From contig CBDDFZ010000001.1 of the NCBI GenBank assembly GCA_965227515.1, forward strand, positions 3,008,001 through 3,072,000: a stretch of 64,000 bases of DNA, written 5' to 3'. Shown one piece after another: positions 50,503-60,423 of the stretch. The notes beneath the pieces are model-generated. The model saw only the letters and a program-made list of their open reading frames with translations, ran no database searches and was not told the origin of the DNA. The number at the start of each line of letters is the position of its first letter. Within the stretch, counting starts at the first letter, position 1. Source of the stretch: Alphaproteobacteria bacterium. GTDB lineage: Bacteria > Pseudomonadota > Alphaproteobacteria > CALKHQ01. Position numbers and translations under genes: made by a program.

Positions 50503-51210
50503 ATGGCCGACAAGCCCACCCACCTGCCAGCACAGTCCTCAAGCGGCGAGATCGACGACTTCTTGAACAAGGTCGCCGCCATCGCGCCGGCCACCGGTTC
50601 CGGTCCGCGCGGCCGCCTGCTGTTCGCGCTCGACGCCACCGCCAGCCGCGAGCCGACCTGGGACCGTGCCTGCCACATCCAGGCGCAGATGTTCCAGGAG
50701 GCGGCGAGCCTGGGCGGGCTCGACATGCAGGTCTGCTTCTACCGCGGTTTCGGCGAGTTCAAGGCCACCGGCTGGACCCGCGACAGCAACAGCCTGTTGC
50801 AGAAGATGACGCGGGTGCGCTGCGTCGGCGGGCGCACTCAGGTGCGCCGCATGCTGCGCCACATCCGGCGCGAGACCGAGAAGCAGAAGGTGACGGCGGC
50901 CGTGTTCGTTGGCGACACGCTGGAAGAGCCGGTCGACGAGGTCTGCGACGAGGCCGGGCACCTGGGGCTGACCGGCACGCCGGTGTTCATGTTCCACGAG
51001 ATCGGCAATGTCGCCGCGCGCTACGCGTTCCAGCAGGTCGCCAAGCTGACCGGCGGCGCCTATTGCGCGCTGGACGCCTCCAGCGCCGGGCGGCTCGCCG
51101 AGCTGCTGCGCGCGGTCGCGGTCTACGCCGCCGGCGGGCGGCAGGCGCTGGTGGAATTCGGCGACCGGCACGGCGGCATGGTCAAGCAATTGACCCACCA
51201 GGTACGCTAG
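50503..51210 (+). CDS. vWA-domain protein
   Basis: LLFALDATASREPTW (MIDAS-like), VFVGD and LTGGAY motifs. Confidence 0.82.
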   Translation: MADKPTHLPAQSSSGEIDDFLNKVAAIAPATGSGPRGRLLFALDATASREPTWDRACHIQAQMFQEAASLGGLDMQVCFYRGFGEFKATGWTRDSNSLLQKMTRVRCVGGRTQVRRMLRHIRRETEKQKVTAAVFVGDTLEEPVDEVCDEAGHLGLTGTPVFMFHEIGNVAARYAFQQVAKLTGGAYCALDASSAGRLAELLRAVAVYAAGGRQALVEFGDRHGGMVKQLTHQVR

Positions 51211-51234
51211 TACCAGGCGGCGCGGAACAAGCCA

Positions 51235-51969
51235 TTGCCATATCTTCTGCTCGGGATCGGACTGCTCGCTGGCTTCTTTCTGATCGGCCGGTGGTATGTG
51301 CAGGCCAGCCCCTCCGATGTGCGCCGGGCGGGCAAGTTCGTCGGCATCGCGGCACTGGCCGCCATTGCCGCCTTCCTGCTGTTCACCGGACGTGCCGGCG
51401 CGGCGCTGCTGCCGCTGGCCGGCATGTTGCCGTTCCTGATCAAGTCCGGCCTTGGCTATACGGTGATGCGCGGTCTCGCCGGCCGTGCCGGCGGCGGCGG
51501 GTCTGGGCGCGGCAGGCAGTCGGCGGTGCGCACACGCTATCTGGAAATGACGCTGGACCATGACAGTGGCGCCCTGGACGGCCGCATCCTGAAGGGGCGG
51601 TTCCAGGACCGGCGGCTCGACGATCTGTCGCAAGCCGAGCTTGCCGACCTGCTGGCCGAAGTCGGCGACGATCAACAGTCGATGCAGGTTCTGGAAGCCT
51701 ATCTCGACAAGCGCCTGGGGCCGGAGTGGCGCCAAGGTGCGGGCGATGCGGGTGCCGCCGGCGCGGGCGGAGGCGGGAGCCGGGGCGCAGGCGGCCGCAT
51801 GACGCCCGACGAGGCCCGCAAGATCCTGGGGGTGGCGAATGGTGCCAGCCGGGAGGAGATCGAGGCTGCATATCGCGCCGAGATGAAGCGCAACCATCCC
51901 GACGCCGGCGGGTCGACCTGGTTTGCCGCCAAGATCAACGAGGCACGCGCAGTTCTGCTGGGTGAGTAG
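51235..51969 (+). CDS. Membrane-anchored protein with a C-terminal DnaJ domain
   Basis: N-terminal TM segments, LEMTLDHDSG, and a C-terminal EARKILGV...NHPDAGGS...KINEAR J-domain. Confidence 0.88.
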   Translation: MPYLLLGIGLLAGFFLIGRWYVQASPSDVRRAGKFVGIAALAAIAAFLLFTGRAGAALLPLAGMLPFLIKSGLGYTVMRGLAGRAGGGGSGRGRQSAVRTRYLEMTLDHDSGALDGRILKGRFQDRRLDDLSQAELADLLAEVGDDQQSMQVLEAYLDKRLGPEWRQGAGDAGAAGAGGGGSRGAGGRMTPDEARKILGVANGASREEIEAAYRAEMKRNHPDAGGSTWFAAKINEARAVLLGE

Positions 51970-52095
51970 GCCGGCGGCGCAGCGGGTGGCAACTTTCTCG
52001 AGATTCCATTGTTGAATAGTACGTCGCGCCGGTTACCTTCGCGCACGCGCTCCGATCCGGACCTTCCCCAACCTCGCTGACAGCACGGATAGCCC

Positions 52096-52968
52096 ATGCC
52101 CAAGCCGATCACTGCCGCCATCTTCCCCGTTGCCGGATTTGGCACCCGCTCGTTGCCCGCGACCAAGACCGTGCCGAAGGAGCTGATCCCGGTCGTCGAC
52201 AAGCCGGTGCTGCAATACGTCTATGAGGAGGCGGTGGCCGCCGGCATCGAGCGGTTCGTGTTCGTCACCGGCCGCAACAAGGGCGCGATCGAGGACTTTT
52301 TCGACAGCGCCTATGAGCTGGAAGACAGCCTGAGATCACGCAATAAGACCGACGCCTTGAAGGTGACGACCGAGTTCGTGCCGGAGGCAGGGCAGGTCGC
52401 CTTCACCCGGCAACAGGCGGCCAAGGGGCTGGGCCATGCCGTCTGGTGCGCGCGCCACCTGGTGGGCGATGGGGCGGTTGCGGTGCTGCTGCCGGATGTG
52501 ATCATCGACGCTCCGACCTCCTGCCTGAAGCAGATGGCCGACGTCTACAACGCGCGCGGCGGCAACGTGGTGGCGCTGGAGCGGGTGCCGGAGGACAAGG
52601 CCTACAAGTACGGCATCGTCGACGTGGCCGGGACCGAGGGCAACGTGGTCGGCATAAAGGGCATGGTGGAGAAGCCGCCCGCCGGTACCGCACCGTCCAA
52701 CCTGTCGCTGGTGGGGCGCTATATCCTGCAGCCGGAGATCTTCGATGCCCTGGAGGGCCAGGCAGCCGGCGCCGGCGGCGAGATCCAGCTCACCGATGCC
52801 ATGCTGAGCCTGCTCGATAGCCAGGATTTCTGGGGCCTGGAGTACGAGGGCCGCCAGTTCGACTGCGGCGACAAGGCGGGCTATGTCGAGGCCAATGTGT
52901 CCTATGGCCTGCGTCACGCCGAGATCGGCGACGAAGTACGCGCCAGGATCGCGGCCCTGCTGTCCTGA
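52096..52968 (+). CDS. galU: UTP-glucose-1-phosphate uridylyltransferase
   Basis: FPVAGFGTRSLPATK, PKEL, GLGHAVWCA, VEKP and GGEIQLTDA motifs. Confidence 0.96.
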   Translation: MPKPITAAIFPVAGFGTRSLPATKTVPKELIPVVDKPVLQYVYEEAVAAGIERFVFVTGRNKGAIEDFFDSAYELEDSLRSRNKTDALKVTTEFVPEAGQVAFTRQQAAKGLGHAVWCARHLVGDGAVAVLLPDVIIDAPTSCLKQMADVYNARGGNVVALERVPEDKAYKYGIVDVAGTEGNVVGIKGMVEKPPAGTAPSNLSLVGRYILQPEIFDALEGQAAGAGGEIQLTDAMLSLLDSQDFWGLEYEGRQFDCGDKAGYVEANVSYGLRHAEIGDEVRARIAALLS

Positions 52969-53062
52969 CCCGCCATCGCGGCGCCGCTGGCGTGGCACGC
53001 TGGTCTACGCGGCACCGAGCGATGTATCCTGATAGCCAACCCTTACGAGGCTGAGAACCGCC

Positions 53063-54478
53063 ATGAGCCACCAGTTCGACCCGACCATCCTGCGCGAATA
53101 CGACATTCGCGGCACCATTGGCGAAACGCTGGGCACCGACGACGCCCATGCCATCGGGCGTGGTTTTGCCACTATCGCGCGCGAGCGGGCCGGCCCCGGC
53201 GCCAGCCTGACCATCGGCACGGCCTATGACGGACGGATCAGTTCGCCCGATCTGGTCGCGGCCTTGTCGGACGGTTTGTGCTCTGGCGGCGTCGACGTGG
53301 TGAACGTCGGCATGGGCCCGACGCCCATGCTCTATTTCGCCGTCCACAGCATCGGTCTCGACGGCGGCATCATGGTCACCGGCTCGCACAATCCGCCCAA
53401 TATGAACGGCTTCAAGCTGATGCTCGGCACCGCGTCGTTCTTCGGCGAGGATATCGCGGCCCTCGGCCCGCTGGCGGCGGCGGGGCGGTTCGCCAGCGGC
53501 CGCGGCGAGGCGACCAAGCGCGATGTGATGGGCGAATACCTCGAGGCACTCGTCGGCGGCTACACCTCGAGCAACGGCCTGACCATCGCCTGGGACAGCG
53601 GCAACGGGTCCGCAGGGCCGGCGATGGAGGCGATGACCGCGCGGCTGCCGGGCAAGCACATCCTGCTGAATGCCAAGGTCGACGGCACGTTCCCGGCCCA
53701 CCACCCCGACCCGACTGTGCCGGAGAACCTGGTCCAGTTGCAGCAGGCGGTGGCCGACAACAATTGCGACCTTGGCATCGCCTTCGATGGCGATGGCGAC
53801 CGCATCGGCGCGATCGACGGCAAGGGCCGTATCATCTGGGGCGACCAGTTGCTGGCGCTGTTGGCGGAGGCGGTGCTGGCCGACAACCCCGGCGCCACCG
53901 TCATCGCCGACGTGAAGGCGAGCAAGGCGCTGTTCGACCGCATTTCCGAATTAGGCGGCAAGCCGGTGATGTGGAAGACAGGGCACTCGCTGATCAAGGC
54001 CAAGATGAAGGAGACCGGCGCCCCGCTGGCCGGGGAGATGAGCGGTCATGTGATGTTCGCCGACCGCTATTACGGCTACGACGACGCACTTTATGTCGCA
54101 GCCCGCTTCGCCTCCATGGTCGCCGATTCCGGGAAGAGCCTGGCCGACCTCTACGACAAGCTGCCGGTGATGGTGAACACGCCGGAGTTGCGTTTTCCCT
54201 GCGACGACCTGCGCAAGTTTGCGGTGATTGAAGAGATCCGCGACCGGCTGTCCGCCTCCAGCGGTGGCGCCAGGGTCAATCCCATCGACGGCGTCAGGGT
54301 AGAGACCGACGAGGGCTGGTGGCTGATCCGTGCGTCCAACACGCAGCCGGTGCTGGTTGCCCGTGCTGAGGCAACCACGGAGGCGGGGCTAGAGGACTTG
54401 AAGGCGAAGATGGCGGCGCAGCTCGCCGAAAGCGGCGTGGAGTCGCCGTTCGACCGGCCCCCCGCCGCGCATCATTAG
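53063..54478 (+). CDS. Phosphomannomutase/phosphoglucomutase (AlgC/PgmG-like)
   Basis: LREYDIRG, VTGSHNP, AFDGDGDR, GEMSGH and RASNT motifs. Confidence 0.95.
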   Translation: MSHQFDPTILREYDIRGTIGETLGTDDAHAIGRGFATIARERAGPGASLTIGTAYDGRISSPDLVAALSDGLCSGGVDVVNVGMGPTPMLYFAVHSIGLDGGIMVTGSHNPPNMNGFKLMLGTASFFGEDIAALGPLAAAGRFASGRGEATKRDVMGEYLEALVGGYTSSNGLTIAWDSGNGSAGPAMEAMTARLPGKHILLNAKVDGTFPAHHPDPTVPENLVQLQQAVADNNCDLGIAFDGDGDRIGAIDGKGRIIWGDQLLALLAEAVLADNPGATVIADVKASKALFDRISELGGKPVMWKTGHSLIKAKMKETGAPLAGEMSGHVMFADRYYGYDDALYVAARFASMVADSGKSLADLYDKLPVMVNTPELRFPCDDLRKFAVIEEIRDRLSASSGGARVNPIDGVRVETDEGWWLIRASNTQPVLVARAEATTEAGLEDLKAKMAAQLAESGVESPFDRPPAAHH

Positions 54479-54504
54479 AAGGGGGTCGGCTGAATAGTGC
54501 TGAT

Positions 54505-55074
54505 TCAGTCGCCGTCCTTGGCCGCGGCCTTCAGCTGGTCGCGCAGGCTGACCAGGCGGCCCCGCACGTCTTTCAGCCGGCCGGCCAAAGCCATGTCGAG
54601 GACCGGCGCGCTGGCCTCACTCGGCGCTTCGCCAGCGTCACTGGCCTTGTTGGCGAGGTCGCCATTGTCGCCCGCATCCGCGACCGTCTCAGGCGCCGTT
54701 GCGTCGTCCTGCACGGTCAATGGGCCGGCATCGCCTGATCCGGGCCGCCGCGCGCCGCGCCGGCCGGCATTGCGCGCATCCGGTCCGCGCAACAGCTTCT
54801 GCGCGCCCTTGATGGTATAGCCCTGGTCGTAGAGCAGCGCCCTGATCCGGACCAGCAGGTCGATGTCTTCCGGCCGGTAATACCGCCGGCCGCCGGCACG
54901 CTTCATCGGACGGATCTGGTTGAACTTGGTCTCCCAGAAGCGCAGCACATGCTGCGGGACGTCGATCTCGCGCGCGACCTCGCTGATGGTTCGGAAGGCG
55001 CTGGCCGATTTGGCGACCGAACGCGCCCGGCCCGGCGCGTCGGCGGCCCCGTTGTCTGGCGTTGTCGAAGCCAT
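54505..55074 (-). CDS. MerR-family transcriptional regulator (ihfA-associated)
   Basis: [29 protein letters not shown] and GYTIKGAQ motifs. Confidence 0.92.
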   Translation of the reverse strand: MASTTPDNGAADAPGRARSVAKSASAFRTISEVAREIDVPQHVLRFWETKFNQIRPMKRAGGRRYYRPEDIDLLVRIRALLYDQGYTIKGAQKLLRGPDARNAGRRGARRPGSGDAGPLTVQDDATAPETVADAGDNGDLANKASDAGEAPSEASAPVLDMALAGRLKDVRGRLVSLRDQLKAAAKDGD

Positions 55075-55080
55075 CCGCCG

Positions 55081-55404
55081 CTAGTCCCGCTCGGCGGCAG
55101 CCGATCCGCTCAGCGCATGGTTGATGCGGTTCTTGAGCACATGCGATGCGCGAAAAACCAACACCTTACGGGGCAGAATGGGCACTTCTTCCCCGGTCTT
55201 GGGGTTGCGGCCAACCCGCTCGCCCTTGTTGCGCACGATGAAACTGCCAAACGACGATATCTTGACCGACTCATCGCGCGTCAATGCGTCGGAAATCTCT
55301 CCCAAGACGGACTCCACCAACTCGGCGGATTCGTTACGCGACAGCCCGACCTCGCGATACACTGCCTCGCTGAGGTCGGCCCGCGTCATTGTTTTCCCGC
55401 TCAT
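55081..55404 (-). CDS. ihfA: Integration host factor subunit alpha
   Basis: [19 protein letters not shown] and [12 protein letters not shown] motifs. Confidence 0.96.
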   Translation of the reverse strand: MSGKTMTRADLSEAVYREVGLSRNESAELVESVLGEISDALTRDESVKISSFGSFIVRNKGERVGRNPKTGEEVPILPRKVLVFRASHVLKNRINHALSGSAAAERD

Positions 55405-55492
55405 CACCAGCCTCCCAGTTAAGAGGATTGTTAAACAGCGGGACTAACAGCGTCAATTCATTAGATTTTCTGATTCGAAGATTCTTGGCAAA

Positions 55493-56470
55493 TCACCAGC
55501 GCAGAAGCGCGGAACCCCAAGTGAATCCGCCGCCCATGGCCTCCAGCAACACGATCTGGCCCGGTTCGATGCGGCCGTCGCGCACCGCTTCGTCCAGCGC
55601 CAACGGTACCGAGGCCGCGGACGTATTGGCGTGACGGTCGATGGTGGTGACGACCCGGCTCGGATCGAGCGACAGCTTGCGGCGGACACCGTCGATGATG
55701 CGCATGTTGGCCTGGTGTGGCACCAGCCAGTCCACGTCCGCGGCAGTCAGATCGTTGGATTGCAGTGCTTCTTCAACAGTTTGGGACAGTCTGTTGACAG
55801 CGTGCCTGAAGACCTCGCGGCCCTCCATGCGCACGTGTCCGACGGTGCCGGTTCGCGACGGGCCGCCGTCGACGTAGAGCGCATCGCGGTAACGTCCGTC
55901 GGAATGAATGTGGGTGGAGAGTATGCCGCGCGGCGCAGCCTCGCCGGCAACGGCTTCGCGCCTCTGCACCACGACCGCGCCAGCCCCGTCGCCGAACAGC
56001 ACGCACGTGGTGCGGTCAGTCCAGTCGAGCAGGCGGGTGAAGGTCTCGGCGCCGATGACCAGCGCGCAGGCGGCCTGGCCGGCGCATAGAAAATTGTTGG
56101 CGACCGCAAGCGCGTAGATGAAGCCGGAGCACACCGCCTGCACATCGAAGGCCGCGCCGTCAGTGATGCCGAGGTTGGCCTGCACGGTGGTCGCGGTGGA
56201 CGGGAACGTGTCGTCGGGGGTTGTGGTGGCGACGATGATCAGGTCGACGTCGCTCGGCTGCAGGCCCGCCTGCTCCAGGGCGCGGCGGGACGCATCGGTC
56301 GCCAGGGTCGAGGTCAGCTCCTCGTCGCTGGCGATGTGGCGCTGCTTGATGCCGGTGCGCTCGACGATCCATTCGTCGCTGGTGTCGACGCGTTGCGCGA
56401 GTTCGTCATTGGTCACGCATCTGGCCGGCAGCGCGCTGCCGCAGCCGACAATCTCGGCGCGATAGGCCAT
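55493..56470 (-). CDS. fabH: Beta-ketoacyl-ACP synthase III
   Basis: [37 protein letters not shown] and GGGFTWG motifs. Confidence 0.97.
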   Translation of the reverse strand: MAYRAEIVGCGSALPARCVTNDELAQRVDTSDEWIVERTGIKQRHIASDEELTSTLATDASRRALEQAGLQPSDVDLIIVATTTPDDTFPSTATTVQANLGITDGAAFDVQAVCSGFIYALAVANNFLCAGQAACALVIGAETFTRLLDWTDRTTCVLFGDGAGAVVVQRREAVAGEAAPRGILSTHIHSDGRYRDALYVDGGPSRTGTVGHVRMEGREVFRHAVNRLSQTVEEALQSNDLTAADVDWLVPHQANMRIIDGVRRKLSLDPSRVVTTIDRHANTSAASVPLALDEAVRDGRIEPGQIVLLEAMGGGFTWGSALLRW

Positions 56471-57534
56471 CAGGATGCCGCAGCCTGCAATTCGCCGGGC
56501 TGGTTGGCATAGAGGTGGTCGAACTCATCGCGGATGCGGTCGATGAAGCCGTGACGCGCCATGTCGATGGCCACGCCGAGTGCGGTGGAAAAGCCCAGCG
56601 CATCGGAACCGCCATGGCTCTTGACCACGATACCGTTCAGGCCCAGCAGCACCGCACCGTTGTAGCTGCGCGGATCGACCCTGCGCCGCATCTTCCAGAT
56701 CGCATGCTTGGCCAGCAGATAGCCGAGGCCGGCGAAGATCGAGCTCTTGAAAGCCTGGCGCAGGAATGCACCGACCAGGCGCGCGGTCCCCTCCGCCGTC
56801 TTCAGGGCAATGTTGCCGGTAAAGCCGTCCGTCACCACGACGTCGACCACCCCGGCCGCGATATCGTCGCCTTCGATGAAGCCGTAGAACTCGATCGGCA
56901 GGTCGGAGTCGCGCAGCGTCTGGGCGGCCTGCCGCAGCGCCTCGTGCCCCTTCAACTCCTCGGCGCCGACATTCAGCAGGCCGACGGTCGGCTGCATCCG
57001 GCCGAGCACGGTGCGCGCGAACATCTCGCCCATCACCGCGAACTGAACCAGGTTGTCGGCGTCGCACTCGATGTTGGCCCCCAGGTCCAGCATCACGCTC
57101 TCGCCGCTGAGCGTGGGGAAGAACGAGGCCATCGCCGGCCGGTCGATCTGGGGAAGGGTGCGCAACAGGAACTTGGCAATCGCCATCAGCGCACCGGTAT
57201 TGCCAGCCGAGATCATTCCGCTGGCCTCGCCCTGCCGCACCGCGTCCACCGCCATCCACAGGCTGCTGCCGCGCCCGCTGCGCAACGCGATGGACGGCTT
57301 GGCTTCGTTCTCGATGAACTTGGACGTGTGGTGAACCGTCGACGACTTGGCCAGCGCCTTGGTGTTCTTCACCAGCGGACCCACCTTTTCCTCGTCGCCG
57401 AAGAACAGGAAATGGACCTCGGGGTGACGCTTCAGGGCGATGCTCGCGGCGCGCACCACGGTACGTGGGCCGGTGTCGCCACCCATGGCGTCGATTGCAA
57501 TCGTCAACTGTTTCGACACGTCAGACCAAGCCAC
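56470..57534 (-). CDS. plsX: Phosphate acyltransferase
   Basis: [35 protein letters not shown] and VKSHG motifs. The exact start is uncertain. Confidence 0.96.
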   Translation of the reverse strand: MAWSDVSKQLTIAIDAMGGDTGPRTVVRAASIALKRHPEVHFLFFGDEEKVGPLVKNTKALAKSSTVHHTSKFIENEAKPSIALRSGRGSSLWMAVDAVRQGEASGMISAGNTGALMAIAKFLLRTLPQIDRPAMASFFPTLSGESVMLDLGANIECDADNLVQFAVMGEMFARTVLGRMQPTVGLLNVGAEELKGHEALRQAAQTLRDSDLPIEFYGFIEGDDIAAGVVDVVVTDGFTGNIALKTAEGTARLVGAFLRQAFKSSIFAGLGYLLAKHAIWKMRRRVDPRSYNGAVLLGLNGIVVKSHGGSDALGFSTALGVAIDMARHGFIDRIRDEFDHLYANQPGELQAAAS

Positions 57535-57806
57535 TCGCTACAGACGGCCGGGGGAACCTGAGACGTCTCGCCGCAATTCCGCCCGCGTATTTTCGGACCC
57601 GCCGCGACCTCGCGCCGCCCCCTCGCGCCGATGTAGACCAAATCCCCAACAGCGACAAGCGTACGGCCGTGCGTCCCCCCGGGACGAGATGCCCGCGGCC
57701 GGACGAGACAACAGTGTGGTAGCGAATATCGGCGCCAGTTGCCAACAGCCAGTTTCGCATGGCGGTGCCGCGTTGCGATGACGGGCCGGCGTGCGCAACC
57801 GACCGG

Positions 57807-58412
57807 TCATCCCGCCGGTACATCGTCGTAGACGGCGGTCACGTCGCGAAACTGGATGGAGCTGTCGCCCCCGCGCGCCGCGTCGTCACCGCAGTGTGCC
57901 GCGACGTGCGCCACCTGCGCGGCAAGGTAGCGCGCAAACAGACGGGCCGCGTCATTCGGCGCGCCGGCCGGGTCCTCGCGCCGGTACACGTTGCGGTTCA
58001 CGCAGTCGGCCAGCGCCTCGCCACCCTGATCGAACGCCTTGGCGTAGGCGTGCAGGCGACCGTTCAGGCCATTGGCCATCAGCCGCACCCGTTTCGCGAC
58101 GCCGACATCGCCGGCCCCCATTTCGCGCAGGGATTGGTCCATGTCGCGGATGAACATGGCGATCAGGCGCTTGACGAGGCCGGTGGTCCCGTTATCGCCG
58201 CGTTCGCCCGTACGTTCGCCGGATAGTCCATGAATCGCCGCGAAGACGTGGGCGACCAGAACGTCGTAGCGGCCGTCCACAGTGTCGGCCACCTGGGCGC
58301 GGGTGTAGTGGTCCGGGTGGCGCGATGCGGCCACGCACGTCGCATAGATGCTCTCGGCCAGCGTGGCCTGGGCGCGCGCCTGCTGGCGGCCTTGGCGAAA
58401 GCGTTGAAACAT
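57807..58412 (-). CDS. Ubiquinol-cytochrome c chaperone (Cbp3/UQCC) family protein
   Basis: VADTVDGRYD, DMDQSLREMGAGDVGVAKR and GRLHAY motifs, in its usual position opposite bamE. Confidence 0.88.
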   Translation of the reverse strand: MFQRFRQGRQQARAQATLAESIYATCVAASRHPDHYTRAQVADTVDGRYDVLVAHVFAAIHGLSGERTGERGDNGTTGLVKRLIAMFIRDMDQSLREMGAGDVGVAKRVRLMANGLNGRLHAYAKAFDQGGEALADCVNRNVYRREDPAGAPNDAARLFARYLAAQVAHVAAHCGDDAARGGDSSIQFRDVTAVYDDVPAG

Positions 58413-58608
58413 GGGGCCGGCTTTCCGGTTTGGCTCGATTGTTGGCGGGGCTTGACCCATCGGTCAGAATCATTACCACGATGGCGGATCGAAAGTTGAC
58501 CAATCGCCGCTCACTGGCCGCACGGCCATGTGATAGTCTGCCGCATGCAGCGGCGGCGCCATGGCAGCGCGAGGCGCGCTCGGCCAGGACGCGGCCAGGT
58601 ATGGGTGA

Positions 58609-59085
58609 ATGAAAATGGTGGGGAACACTCCAAACGTCCTTCGGGGCACGGCCATCGGCCGGGCCTTGCGCGTGGTGGCATTGGCCGGCTGCGTGACGGG
58701 CATTGCGGCATGCGACAGCGTGCAGTCCCAGCGCGGCTATCAGGCCGACGCGCGCTCGGTGGAGCAGCTCCAGCCCGGCGTGGTCACCAAGGACGAGGTC
58801 TACAACATCCTGGGGTCGCCCTCGACGCGCGGCACGTTCGACGACTCGGTCTGGTACTACATCGGCACCGACATGGAGCGGTGGGCCTTCTTCGAGCCCG
58901 ACATGCTGGACCGCACCATCATCGAGCTGCACTTCGACCAGGCCGGTTTCCTGACCGAGGTGCGGGAATACGGGCCCGAGATCGCGCAGGACGTCGACCC
59001 GGTCGATCGCGAGACGCCCACACGCGGCAACCGCATTACCTTCCTGCAGCAGTTCCTGGGCAATCTGGGCCGGTTCAACGACTAG
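58609..59085 (+). CDS. bamE: Outer membrane protein assembly factor BamE
   Basis: Lipoprotein-like signal (IAAC), QRGY, LGSPS, WYYI, RETPTRG and C-terminal FLGNLGRF. Confidence 0.92.
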   Translation: MKMVGNTPNVLRGTAIGRALRVVALAGCVTGIAACDSVQSQRGYQADARSVEQLQPGVVTKDEVYNILGSPSTRGTFDDSVWYYIGTDMERWAFFEPDMLDRTIIELHFDQAGFLTEVREYGPEIAQDVDPVDRETPTRGNRITFLQQFLGNLGRFND

Positions 59086-59142
59086 ATCGTTTTTGGCTTT
59101 GCTGGGTCGGCAACCGCCCGCACCCCGCCAGGAACGTCCACA

Positions 59143-59179
59143 AAGAAAAAGGGCCGGGGGATGGTCCCGCCGGCCCTTG
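59143..59179 (-). terminator. Rho-independent terminator
   Basis: AAGGGCCGG...CCGGCCCTT stem with an adjacent A-tract on the plus strand (U-tract on the minus strand). Confidence 0.7.
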
Positions 59180-59204
59180 ATCTCGTCTCAGTGGCGGGTT
59201 CGCC

Positions 59205-60263
59205 CTAGCGCAGCGAGATCGCGCCGTTGCCGACGATCAGGTCGAAGGCCTGCAGCGGCCCGTCGCCGGTTCGCGCCGCGGCGCGCTGCGAGTCGGTCAG
59301 CACCGACACCGGGTTGAACATCACGTTGGTGAAGTCGAGCTGGCCCAGCATGCCCGGGAAGGTGATCTGGTCCCAACGGTCGGACGGATAGACCCAGGCG
59401 TTCAGGGTGAACTGGCCGCTCTGGCAGCCGCTGACGACCCAGAAGTGGGCGTCGGACGGCAGCACCGTGCCCGACGGCACCGGGTTGGAGTTGAAGCCGC
59501 TGGCGGTCAACGTCTCCAGCAGCGAGCGGCGCTCGAACGGCGCCAACCCGTTCAGCGAGCGCTTGCCGTTGATGTGGCTGGAAATCTGGCGCGGGTCGGA
59601 GCCGATGCGCTGTGCGCCACGCACCAGGATGTCGAGCAACGCGGACCCGTCGCCGGCATCCAGCATCTCGTAGACGCGCACGTGCTCGGTGAACTTGGCG
59701 TTGTAGACGAAGCGATAGGTGTCCGGCGTGTTGGCCGAGCAGGCGGTGCGGATGTCATTGCCCGACAGGTACGAGATCCAGTTGTTACCGGAGGAGGTGG
59801 TCGGCGCGGTCGCAGGCGTGGACGGCGGGGTCGGCGCATCGGGCCGGGTGGGCGTCACCGCCACCGCGGTCTCCGTGTTCGGCTGCGCGGCGGCGACGTC
59901 CGGCGTCGCCGAACGGGTCGCCTCGAACTGAAGCGCACCCTGGGTGTCCGCCGTCAAAGTGCCGGTCACCGGCAGGTCGGACTGGGACTGAAACGCCTCC
60001 AGCGCGGCCTTCGTGCGCGGTCCCATCAGGCCATCGGCCGTGCCGGCGTCGAAGCCGAGCTCGTTCAGCCCTTCCTGCGCCGTGCGCAGTGCGTCCCGCC
60101 CTTCGATCTCGGCATTGCCGGTCGGCCCGCCAATCGGCGTGTAGGCCAGCGGCTCGGGCTCCGGAGCGGGTGTTTCAACAACTACTTCGGGCGATCCGCC
60201 GTCACCGCCAACGCAGGCGCCGAGCGCGATCATAGCCATGATTGGCACGATGAATTTTCGCAT
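59205..60263 (-). CDS. Lipoprotein with a peptidoglycan-binding domain (PG_binding_1)
   Basis: Lipobox LGAC, then QEGLNELGFDAGTADGLMGPRTKAALEAFQ...LPVTG, a Pro/Thr linker and a conserved-looking C-terminal domain. Confidence 0.82.
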   Translation of the reverse strand: MRKFIVPIMAMIALGACVGGDGGSPEVVVETPAPEPEPLAYTPIGGPTGNAEIEGRDALRTAQEGLNELGFDAGTADGLMGPRTKAALEAFQSQSDLPVTGTLTADTQGALQFEATRSATPDVAAAQPNTETAVAVTPTRPDAPTPPSTPATAPTTSSGNNWISYLSGNDIRTACSANTPDTYRFVYNAKFTEHVRVYEMLDAGDGSALLDILVRGAQRIGSDPRQISSHINGKRSLNGLAPFERRSLLETLTASGFNSNPVPSGTVLPSDAHFWVVSGCQSGQFTLNAWVYPSDRWDQITFPGMLGQLDFTNVMFNPVSVLTDSQRAAARTGDGPLQAFDLIVGNGAISLR

Positions 60264-60423
60264 GCGCGGCAATATACTCAGCCGCGATGGCGGCGCAATG
60301 CTTGCTGTGCTTCTCGGAATGACAATTGCGCCATCGCCGTTCGCGCACGACTTTGTCTTGAAAATCATTAAGTTTCAGGCGATTGATATGTCCTTTGCGA
60401 GTCGCTTGTCAGCAAAGGTGCCC

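Noticed and set aside
47879-50542. 887-aa minus-strand ORF and similar long antisense ORFs (44240-46579, 18405-20477, 40798-42801, 37212-38918, 20314-22173)
   Set aside because: These are shadow frames opposite well-supported genes, expected from high GC3 codon bias, and they carry no family motifs.
55419-55470. CtrA or IHF sites upstream of ihfA
   Set aside because: The TTAA pair is spaced by 8 nt rather than 7, and the IHF-like TCAA-N4-TTA match is too degenerate to call.
57759-58226. ORF starting MAVPR, resembling the start of ribosomal protein L32
   Set aside because: It is on the wrong strand relative to plsX, overlaps the chaperone gene antisense, and lacks the basic K/R tract and the rest of L32.
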